From the IMG/VR virus record IMGVR_UViG_2617270876_000003, positions 1-64,000 of that record: a DNA stretch of 64,000 nt. The stretch is one strand, 5' to 3'. The stretch comes from a virus. Lineage: Duplodnaviria; Caudoviricetes. A program made the position numbers and the translations under genes. Shown here piece after piece: positions 55,242 through 64,000 of the stretch. Within the stretch, counting starts at the first letter, position 1. The number at the start of each line of letters is the position of its first letter. The notes under the pieces were generated by a model. That model made no database searches. It saw only the letters and a list, made by a program, of their open reading frames with translations, and was not told the DNA's origin.

Positions 55242-55633
55242 TCATCTCTATATGAAATGCCACTTTTATCATGATTTATGTATCAAGAAACCCTTATTCT
55301 ATGCGGTTATTTTGATTATTATTTTCTATTTCATTCTGTTATAGACCTTACGTGCATCTGTATGTAAAATCGTTGGACTAATGATAATATTCTTGCCGAT
55401 CAGGTCTGACCAGTCTGCATCCCAAGTTCTTCGATCATTTAATTCAACAAAATAATTCTCTGTTAATTTCTCCGTTTCAGGCCAAGGCATTCTCCATTTT
55501 AAAATAATTAGATCGCTTGTTTTGGGATGTCTGATAACACCAGTAGTCACAAATTTTAAAATGTTGTAGCTTGGCAATCCCAATTTAATTGCATCAATTT
55601 CTTTATCATCTAATGTAGGCAATACCATCATAA

Positions 55634-55930
55634 TTATCTCTCCTCTTCTTTTATAAATTCAAAGTATTCATTGATATCATCAATTCCCGTTTTATCATCT
55701 GACCAGCCAACCCACTCCTTATCTTCCTCAGACCATTCCTCAACGACTGTAGTATTGGCATAGTCAGGTTTGATTCGATTCTCATAGTGGAACAGGTCAT
55801 AATCTGCAAGCGTGTTATAGAGCAGTCTAGCCTCTTGTAAATTGCCTGCTTCTACTTCAAATGGTTTTGCTCCGATTTGCGGATAGTGTACAATTCGTAG
55901 TTTTTTATTTGACACGGCTTCTCTCCTCAT
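55634..55930 (-). CDS. Conserved small phage protein
   Basis: H.PQI..PFEV..A.LL..LADYDLF.YENRIKPDYAN. Confidence 0.7.
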   Translation of the reverse strand: MRREAVSNKKLRIVHYPQIGAKPFEVEAGNLQEARLLYNTLADYDLFHYENRIKPDYANTTVVEEWSEEDKEWVGWSDDKTGIDDINEYFEFIKEEER

Positions 55931-56973
55931 TAATCATTTTTAATAAGTCATTATGTTCTTTAATCCACTTCAAGCTTTTAGAGGTTGTGTCTTCAGGATA
56001 TTGGGCAAACCACAGTAGATCATCGTAATTGTTTCGATGCAATTTAAATCCACTGCCAAATTCTCCTCCAAGACGATACTGGTTTCCCTGTTTGTCTACT
56101 ACAAACTGTTTGAAACTATATTCGTCATAAGAACATTTGAGTGGTTCTATGTAATTTAATATTTCCTCATATAATTGTTCTCTGTCCATCCTTGTACCCC
56201 ATTTCATGAAATCATATTTTATTCAACTTTGAAAATTCGCCTGGAATAAATCCATCAACCAAACCTTTTGCGTCTTTGAATGTTAGTGGTACAATATTAT
56301 TGATTGAACACAACGTTAAATAATGTTCGTATGCAGCCTCATCAAATTTTGCTGATGGTTGGCTTTCTGCAAATTCGATAATACTATCGAGCGAAGCATT
56401 TTCAACCAACCATTCGCCGTTATGTTCAATATAATATTTTTCTCCCAAACTCCAGTGATTAATTCGGTATCCATTTACTGTTGTAATATAGGTATGAGTC
56501 ATAGTCTAAACTCCTTTTTTCATTTCTTAATGAATTTCACATTTCTTTATGAAAGGTAATATAATCAAAGTCGTGTTCTACATAGAAACCAATGTGTAGC
56601 TCTTCGAGATGCTTTTCGAATCTAGAACTCAGTTCATCGCTACCATTAGAAATAATTAAATATCCCAGGTTAATAAACGATTCAAAACTAAATGACAACC
56701 ATTCATCAACATTCATTTAACCTCGCCTACTTTTACAAGTTCCCATTGTTGATTCATGAAGGTATCAGTGAGGCAAACCCAACCTTCATATCCCAAAGAG
56801 ATATTAATTCTACCTTCTGTATCACAATAAATGAAGTTTCCAGCGCTATCTTTTGTGACCAACCTTCCATCTTTTGATTTCGCAATTATTCTATTATTCA
56901 TCGAACCAATCATTTCAATCGTGTTCATTTGATTATTCTCATCTCCTCATAAAAGATTGTTTTTATCTGGATT

Positions 56974-57537
56974 TTATTTCTTTATTTTTCTCTCATCATT
57001 CTCCAGATAATATTTATGTAAAAATCTCCTTTTCAATGTATCATCTAACTCGCGTTTTATCCAAGGCTTAGCCTCATTTTTAGATCTTTCCCAGTCATAT
57101 TTTAGCAGAGTTCCGACACAATAACGAAACTCTTCCAAAACCTCTTGCTTTCTATTTCCTCTTTCTATCATCCCTAGCAACTCTCTAATTCTATTATCGA
57201 GATTGTTATCCGATGTATATTGGAGAGGATTTAAACTCAAGATCAAATGCGTAATAGTGTATTTTTCAGTTTCTTTTTCATTGTACTCACCAGAATATAT
57301 TTTTGAGGCGCTGATTTTAACGAATTCTCTCCACTTCGCTCTCTCTTCTGTTATATACTTTAGAGATTGATTTTTATCATTTGATACCTTATTGATTAAA
57401 TTGGCAAATAATGCAGTCACAAGAGATACAGGGAAAGCTATTGTCAATAGTTTATTTAGAAGATCTGTTGTTGTTTCTGGACTCATAGGCAATCTCCGAT
57501 CTTTGAAAAAATTGGTTGTGGTATAGATTAGCCCCAT
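56974..57537 (-). CDS. Membrane-anchored hypothetical protein
   Basis: TM segment, ITEERAKWRE, LLKYDWERSK. Confidence 0.7.
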   Translation of the reverse strand: MGLIYTTTNFFKDRRLPMSPETTTDLLNKLLTIAFPVSLVTALFANLINKVSNDKNQSLKYITEERAKWREFVKISASKIYSGEYNEKETEKYTITHLILSLNPLQYTSDNNLDNRIRELLGMIERGNRKQEVLEEFRYCVGTLLKYDWERSKNEAKPWIKRELDDTLKRRFLHKYYLENDERKIKK

Positions 57538-58239
57538 CCATTCTCTTCAAATTTATGAATTGCTGCATCTATACCAGATCCAAATCCCACTCCATAAGCT
57601 ATTCTCAGAATTTCTTTTTCATCTTCTGTAAGTTGTCTATCCATTTTCAAAGTACATACCATTTCAACTTCATCATAATTATGTTCTTTGTTCATTGTTT
57701 ACCATCTCCGTGAATTCCAGTTACATTGAATCTTTCCTCTTCACAGAACTCAATTGCTTCCTCTCTCGTCGAAAATGAATTTACCCAAAACTCTGTTCCT
57801 TCAACTTGTACTGACCATTGAAACACAGCAGCGTCATCGCCATATATGATAAAAACATCAGGTTTTTCCTGATATACTCTATCAAGTGCCAAGTTATCTT
57901 TTTCTTTTCTTGAAATATCTTCTCTGTCATAAACTTCATTTATGTATTGCTTAAGTGACATACACTTTTCCTCCTTTAGCATGTGACTATACAGATAATA
58001 TTTCCACACTATGATTTTGACAAACTTCTTGTAATTTACAAGCCCAAGTAAAGTGAAACTGGTTAACTACTTCCTTTTCTTTTTCACTTAAAACATTACC
58101 CCATACTTCTTCTTCTATATAATCAGGACATTCAAATAAATAGTATGTAACTACTTCACCAAATGGGTTATAGCTTGCTGGCCCAATAATCACTTTATCC
58201 ATTTATTTCTCCTTTCGTTTTTCTCATAAAAGGCTAATT

Positions 58240-58713
58240 TCATTTACTATTGATAATATAATTCTTCGTGACTTTCCCCGTAGATAAAATCACTTTATTA
58301 TTGCCTTGTGAGATGGACTTAGTAAGGTTAACAACAAAATGCCTTTTGATGTATATATGTGAGTAAAAGTTGGCCATATCGTTTTGAGGTTTTTTATTGT
58401 AAATCACTTTATCATTAACTACAATAACCAACGGATCGGAACTATTCACGTACTTGCCATATATGTAAAATTCCCTTGTTTTATCTGAGTACATGCTAGT
58501 ATCTATAGATATATTGTTCTGGTCATCCAATTCAAATTCCTCGTCATATGCCCCTCCTTCTCCTTGCTTGATAATGCCCAATCCAACGCTATAAAAAAAT
58601 GTATTTGGTTCCCCAAATTTCTTTTCAATTTTATATCTGAGATTGTTTGGCACTTGAAAAAAGATCAATACCGTTACCAATGCAATTATGCAAATGAAGA
58701 TCTTCTTTTTCAC
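58240..58713 (-). CDS. Exported/membrane-anchored hypothetical protein bounded by junction palindromes
   Basis: Signal-like N-terminus; motif copies at 58226 and 58733. Confidence 0.7.
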   Translation of the reverse strand: MKKKIFICIIALVTVLIFFQVPNNLRYKIEKKFGEPNTFFYSVGLGIIKQGEGGAYDEEFELDDQNNISIDTSMYSDKTREFYIYGKYVNSSDPLVIVVNDKVIYNKKPQNDMANFYSHIYIKRHFVVNLTKSISQGNNKVILSTGKVTKNYIINSK

Positions 58714-59412
58714 TTCAGCATTCCTTCTCTCAGTAAAAGAATTGTTTCATTAATATACCAACGATTTTTTATATTTTGAAAACTTCGGTGTATCCCTTTT
58801 CGGAAAACTGCTTATATATATTGAGTTTGTCTCGTTCTGAGTCATAAATGAAGAACGATCTTATTTTATTGAAGCATTTGATAATTTCAGCATTGACCGA
58901 CTTCTGAATAAAGCAATTTGATGAAGGGTCTCTTTCTATGTAGTCGATAAACGTGTTTGATGATTTATCGAATAAGTAATAACCTTCTCCATAATTCCCT
59001 ACAAATAATGCATAAGCATCTTTAAACTCATAAAGATGGCTCGCCATTTCATCCACTCCTTATGAAAGTATTATTTCGTACTGATTTCCCATAACTCGTT
59101 TTCGAGTGTATAGCAGCTCTTTGCCCAATTACAGAAATCCTCAATACCGCATATACCTAAGACATGTCCTCCTCTAGGGTTTTCAATGTATTTAATGACA
59201 TCTTTTGATACGTCAATTGACTGAATCATTCGCACACTTTTATTGTCCGTGTAACGCTCACCTTCTGCTAATTCATATGGCTCCATCATACATCGCTCCT
59301 TATTAATATGTATTCTTCAATACCGTAGCACTTTCCTTGCTATAACTTAATAATACACCAAATTAATAGTATATTCAAGTTATTTATTTTTACTTTATAA
59401 ACTCATTCTGTC

Positions 59413-59799
59413 CTATTCTCTTTTAATTTTCTCTATATCAACGCTCATAAATTCAGCAATTTTAATTTCTAATTCAGCCTTCACTCTAGTCATAAGCATC
59501 GTTATTCTACCTTTATATCCCCGACATAAATAATCGGCCGTTATTTCTTTTTTATTCCTTACTGGTTCAAACACTTTTATACCCCTGTATCTCAGCTCTT
59601 TGCGTATCTCGAATAGTTCCTGACTAATCTTATCCGTCAACGATTCCAATTGTAAGACAAATAGCTCACCAAATCTTAAGTGTGAGTTATTTGTCTTCTG
59701 AATATTATCTTGGAATGCATCTAATAAATACGGATATATAAGATACTTCTTAATAAGCGTTAATTCTTCTTCGTTCGGTATTTGTATTCGACTCTTCAC
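59413..59799 (-). CDS. Third gene of the uvrX-yolD operon
   Basis: Start overlaps the yolD stop. Confidence 0.7.
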   Translation of the reverse strand: MKSRIQIPNEEELTLIKKYLIYPYLLDAFQDNIQKTNNSHLRFGELFVLQLESLTDKISQELFEIRKELRYRGIKVFEPVRNKKEITADYLCRGYKGRITMLMTRVKAELEIKIAEFMSVDIEKIKRE

Positions 59800-60152
59800 A
59801 TATAGTCGCTCCCTGAACCAATCAAATGAGATGATACAATTTCATCAAAGTCAATCCACTCATATCCATTTTCAATTTCGATCCGAAGTTTACTTGATAA
59901 TTCACTAACAGCTACGACCGTTCCACTTATCCGTCTATTTTCATAAATCCCAAATATCTCAATTGAAATTTTTTCTCCTTCATGTAAAGATGTTAGGATA
60001 TTTTGGGCAATAATTTCTTTTTCATCATTATGTAAAATCGGTTTTGTTTTCTCACCCAAATCTAATCGATGTTCATTGACCCTTTCCTTATGTTGAGGCA
60101 GCATCATTCTGCTTGATTCCCATATACCATTTCCTTGAAGTTTCTTAGTCAT
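59796..60152 (-). CDS. yolD: YolD-like protein
   Basis: WESSRMMLPQH..KP.L; follows the Y-family polymerase. Confidence 0.88.
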   Translation of the reverse strand: MTKKLQGNGIWESSRMMLPQHKERVNEHRLDLGEKTKPILHNDEKEIIAQNILTSLHEGEKISIEIFGIYENRRISGTVVAVSELSSKLRIEIENGYEWIDFDEIVSSHLIGSGSDYM

Positions 60153-61390
60153 TTATAATGCCCTCCAATTTTTTCCGCTCTGTCAACGGCCTGACCGGCG
60201 TCCGTTAATGAACTTGCTCTAAGAATGGATACCTCACCAAATCGATCTTTAATATTATCCATCACCTTGTCTATTGCACGTTGACGTTCTTTATTGTCGA
60301 ATAGAGTTAATTGATAAATATCGTCCTTAACTAAATCCGATAACGAAACGCCAACCCTTCTTACAGGCTGTCTGTCCCAATAATCGTAAAACAGTCTTTT
60401 TGCTGTTTCATATACATCCAAGGTTATATTTGTTGGATCAACAACTTTTATTTGTCTGCTAAAGCCTGTTTTGTAATCAAAGTCTGCACCAGATATGCTT
60501 ACAGTAATTACGCTTCCCATTAACCCTTTCTTTCTTGCTCTTCTGCATACTTCAGAGCATAAGTCTAAAAGGACTACTTCAATTTCGCTGCCTGTTCTAT
60601 AATCTCTGGGAAGGGTCATTCCGTTGCCTATATCCTTTTGCATTCTGTGAGTGTCCACGGACACAGGTGAATTATCTATTCCATTAGCTGTACGCCAAAT
60701 AACTTCTCCATTAACTCCCCATTTGTTGCGAAGTGTGCTGAGTGGAGTTTTTGCAAGATCTCCAATTGTTAAAATACCCATCTTCCAAAGATGTTTCTCC
60801 ATTCTGGAACCAATACCCCACATCTCCCTTACAGGATTATGCCATATGTGTTTATCTAACTCCTCTTTTTTCAAGTCGAATATTCCACCAGAAATTTTCT
60901 TTGCAATCATGTCGCAGCAAAGCTTACTGATTATTTTGTTCTCTCCAATTCCTGCCCGAGCATATATTCCTGTTTCACTGAGTATCTTGGTCTGGATATG
61001 TTTAGCTAGATGTATTGGATTATTTGCAAAAAGGTGCATTGATCCTGTAAACTCACAGAACATTTCATCTATACTGTACGGTTCAACTAAATCAGTGAAC
61101 GATTCAATGATTTCAACAATTTGCATCGATACATCGATGTATTCCTGCATATGAGGTCTTATTACAATCAAATCAGGACACTTCTGCAACGCTTCCCATA
61201 ATGCTTCAGCCGTTTTTACACCTTTCTGTTTAGCCAAAGGACATGCAGCCAGAATAATACCTGAACGCCTTGCTGGATCACCTGCTACTACTAGAGGTTT
61301 GTTTTTGTATTCTGGATGCTTTGCTTTCTCTACACTGGCATAAAAACTTTGCATATCAATCAGCATTACTGTTCTTTGTTTTTTCGACAT
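60149..61390 (-). CDS. uvrX: Y-family translesion DNA polymerase (UvrX/DinB-like)
   Basis: IDMQSFYASVE, YSIDE, WGIG, RRVGV. Confidence 0.95.
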   Translation of the reverse strand: MSKKQRTVMLIDMQSFYASVEKAKHPEYKNKPLVVAGDPARRSGIILAACPLAKQKGVKTAEALWEALQKCPDLIVIRPHMQEYIDVSMQIVEIIESFTDLVEPYSIDEMFCEFTGSMHLFANNPIHLAKHIQTKILSETGIYARAGIGENKIISKLCCDMIAKKISGGIFDLKKEELDKHIWHNPVREMWGIGSRMEKHLWKMGILTIGDLAKTPLSTLRNKWGVNGEVIWRTANGIDNSPVSVDTHRMQKDIGNGMTLPRDYRTGSEIEVVLLDLCSEVCRRARKKGLMGSVITVSISGADFDYKTGFSRQIKVVDPTNITLDVYETAKRLFYDYWDRQPVRRVGVSLSDLVKDDIYQLTLFDNKERQRAIDKVMDNIKDRFGEVSILRASSLTDAGQAVDRAEKIGGHYK

Positions 61391-61409
61391 GTACAAAAAC
61401 CCCTTGTTA

Positions 61410-61453
61410 AGAACATGTGTTTGTATCAGTATTATACACCGAACACACGTTCT
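61410..61453. promoter_or_regulatory. Two LexA (Cheo) boxes at the uvrX promoter
   Basis: AGAACATGTGTTTG (61410) and CGAACACACGTTCT (61440), with TATAAT at 61431-61436 (minus strand). Confidence 0.8.
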
Positions 61454-62078
61454 TTATGCAAGAGGAATTTTTTAACTTGGATCGAATATGTAATTGTTTG
61501 ATTAGCAATATCTTATATTTTTCTTAAAACGATACTTTTATCTGGTTTTCTGTTTACAATTTAATGTTTTTATGAGTTTTTCATATCATTAATAATGAAT
61601 TTTACGAACATATTCGTTGATTGCATCGTTTAAGCCCTGATGCAACATACAATATTGTTCTACGGTTAAAATTTGTTGAATTTCCTTTTCACTGACATTT
61701 TCGCGCCAACGATAATCGGAGTCATAAGCTGGTGACTTAGAAATTTTCTCAATATGTTCGTCCTGGTACTTTAACATTTCCTCCATAGTGAGGAACGCAG
61801 CTTCAAACTCATGCTTATCTTCTTCGTAAAGATTATAGATAGTGACATAAAGTAAAATGTAATTTTTAGATTCATAGTCTTCTGACATTGCTAAATCTCC
61901 TCCTTTATAAAAGCCCAATTTTATCAACTCTCTGATTGCCTGTTTAATGCTTCAGCAATTAATTCTGCATCATCTTTTTTTAGTCCTTCGGCCAAGTATC
62001 TGCTTTCTGTGGTATCGAAAATCGAATATTCATCTTTTAACAATCTTTTGTCTACCTCATATCGATAATACACGTTCA

Positions 62079-62708
62079 TTAATTATCCTCCTCAATATTA
62101 AAATACTCTTCGACCAATCCTTCAATATCTAACTCCATATCCCACCATATCTTGCCCTCTTTTACTTCTGGATCTTTATGTAGTGTTAATTGATTGTCAT
62201 ATCGATAAACATCTTGACCGTATAATTTTCCATAAGTCATGCCATATCTTGTTCCACCGTCAATGACTCCTTCGTTCTTTACTGTAACAATTTTGGGACA
62301 TAGCCTTGCCAATAATCTATCTCGTTCAATTAAGCGCCTAGAGAACTGACTTAATCCCTTCTCGTTGCTTTCTATGGCCTTACTGGCGAATGGATGTATA
62401 ATGCATCCAAATTGTCTGATTTGTTCTGCTAGGGCTTTGTTTTGCCAAGGATAGATGTCTTGCTCAATAGGTGTATTAACAATAGCTATTGTCTGCCCCC
62501 TTGCTTCAATTGCTCCTTTGTGTGCTGCTGTATCGATATTTTTTGCTAGTCCTGATACAATCTTGTATCCCTGAGAGGCCAAATTGTATGAGAAATTAAA
62601 GGCTGTTTTATATTCTTCGGTTGAAGCATTACGTGAGCCAATTATAGCAACCCATTTTTCTCTATTCTTTAAATCAACATTAATTCCTGAGACTTTTATG
62701 TAGTTCAC
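62079..62708 (-). CDS. dprA: DprA/Smf-like SLOG-domain protein
   Basis: VAIIGSR, IVSGLAKNIDTAAHKGA, IYP..N..LA, ERDRL, GGT. Confidence 0.82.
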   Translation of the reverse strand: MNYIKVSGINVDLKNREKWVAIIGSRNASTEEYKTAFNFSYNLASQGYKIVSGLAKNIDTAAHKGAIEARGQTIAIVNTPIEQDIYPWQNKALAEQIRQFGCIIHPFASKAIESNEKGLSQFSRRLIERDRLLARLCPKIVTVKNEGVIDGGTRYGMTYGKLYGQDVYRYDNQLTLHKDPEVKEGKIWWDMELDIEGLVEEYFNIEEDN

Positions 62709-62866
62709 TTCTTTCTATCTGGTAATTGATTCGCTAATTACATATATCTCTTTATTTTGTTCGTCGTATCCATATACTAAAGTTACATCTTCAAGTTTGT
62801 TGACAACGATCTTTAGAGTCTTTCCATCTAAATCTTCAAAATTAAAGGTATCAATATGGTTAAAAA

Positions 62867-63313
62867 TCAGTCCCACCATCCTTGAGATTTTTCAGAAATA
62901 ATTTCAAAAGCTCGTTTCATATCTTCTGCTTCTTGCTGTTCTGCTCTATCCATTCCTTCGCTCCAGATTTTATAGTTTTCATTGTCTGTATTAAAATTCA
63001 GTTTATCATTATTAAAACTGATAAACTCATCAAATTTAAAATCGACTTTTTTAACACGAGAACCATCTATTATGTTATACAGAAGTTCTTTTGCCTCCAT
63101 TATCTCTTCTGCTACTTCAGGTGCATTAGCCGAATATGTACGTTCACTTCGGAAAAATTTTTCCATGAATGAAAGCTTTTTATGTAAAATCCGATAAAGA
63201 TATGCTTGGTCAAAGTCGCGGTCATTCCATATTACTGGAAGCCATTTAATAAGATTAGAGAGTCCTTCTGTTAAATTATAATATTTACCTTTAATCAATT
63301 TGATTATTTTCAT
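62867..63313 (-). CDS. Conserved phage hypothetical protein
   Basis: WLPVIWNDRDFD ... GWWD. Confidence 0.7.
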   Translation of the reverse strand: MKIIKLIKGKYYNLTEGLSNLIKWLPVIWNDRDFDQAYLYRILHKKLSFMEKFFRSERTYSANAPEVAEEIMEAKELLYNIIDGSRVKKVDFKFDEFISFNNDKLNFNTDNENYKIWSEGMDRAEQQEAEDMKRAFEIISEKSQGWWD

Positions 63314-64000
63314 TTATATTATCTCTCCCTGGTTATTCTATTACTTCAATTCTTACCTTCTTGCCGTGAAGTCTGCGACAAATTTCTGATATTTCTAAAT
63401 CATCAATCATATAATCACACTCATAGCCATTATTTCCCCAAACTTTACCTTCATATTTAGTATTTAAATATGGTAAAATTGCTTCCTCTTCTAAACGTTG
63501 ATAAGACGAATATATAAAATCATCAAATTTCCAATACTCTTCTTCAAAGCGCACTGTAATACCATTGGGAAGTAAACCACTAAGATTAACATCTACAAAC
63601 TCTACGATACCACTAATATCATCATCGACCCAAACTTCCGCCTTTCTAGTAATTATTACAAGCCCATATTTTTCTTTTAATTTCGTTAGTGTCTTTTCAA
63701 ATTCAATTTTCACAATTGCGTCTTTATCCAGGCATTCTACTTCGTGATCAGCACAATCAAATGGTGTATCAAATTCTTTATCGCAATTTTCACATTTATA
63801 GACTTCTCTAGGCATTAATAATTTCCCCTCTCATATTTTCTTAAAATGTTCATTTAATCAGCTTTTATCTTTAGCATCCACTTACATGATTCATAGTTAA
63901 GTCCTGCGACGAATGAATCTCGGATTCTTGTCATAATGAGTCTCAAGTCGTCATCCTCTGAAAATAGGTTTCCATCAATTGGACTAAACAACTTATGAGA

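Larger units (their letters stand above)
3070..63858. repeat. Dispersed 18-bp imperfect palindrome ATRAAA-N6-TTTYAT, about 40 copies at gene junctions
   Basis: Copies start at e.g. 3070, 10138, 11580, 12090, 16574, 17797, 27064, 31899, 32551, 32913, 35510, 36100, 37018, 45757, 47705, 48818, 50398, 51767, 52553, 53783, 55252, 56949, 58226, 58733, 61524, 61907. Confidence 0.9.
97..64000 (-). mobile_element. SPbeta-like temperate prophage, left arm (replication, nucleotide metabolism, accessory genes); continues beyond the window
   Basis: Serine integrase at the junction; DnaE, RecJ, primase, helicase, ligase, YopX and uvrX-yolD genes as in SPbeta; dense co-oriented small ORFs; low GC. Confidence 0.93.

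Noticed and set aside
2601-63747. Most plus-strand ORFs in the track (e.g. 34686-35156, 45081-45587, 60651-61154)
   Set aside because: Antisense shadows of well-supported minus-strand genes; only 9318-9569 and 26852-27058 look real.
3070-63858. Junction palindromes as a CRISPR array, intrinsic terminators or classical attC sites
   Set aside because: Spacing is gene-sized and irregular and no cas genes are seen. The stems are AT-only without covariation, and there are no RYYYAAC/GTTRRRY boxes or long attC hairpins.

Overview
Left end of a large, AT-rich SPbeta-like temperate prophage integrated into the 5' end of a GC-richer host comM/yifB-like gene (host looks Paenibacillus-like; this is inference). 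After attL (~85-104) almost all genes are on the minus strand. They include a large serine recombinase with a candidate small RDF, RuvC, DnaE, a ParM/ParR pair, a solo HicB, a sigma factor and a GHKL ATPase. A nucleotide-metabolism block follows (dfr, thyA, dut, nrdG, and nrdD split by a 275-nt group I intron with a free-standing endonuclease). Further on are RecJ, primase/LAGLIDADG/helicase, an ATP-dependent ligase, a PAPS-reductase/NDT/RlmN-like/nucleotidyltransferase cluster, a LexA-controlled uvrX-yolD cassette, a DprA-like gene and dozens of small ORFs, some resembling anti-defence nucleotide sponges. The strongest unexplained signal is about 40 copies of an 18-bp imperfect palindrome, ATRAAA-N6-TTTYAT. 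These sit at gene junctions in the accessory regions and divide them into cassette-like modules. All family calls come from motif recognition by eye; no searches were run. Many small hypothetical ORFs are not listed individually.
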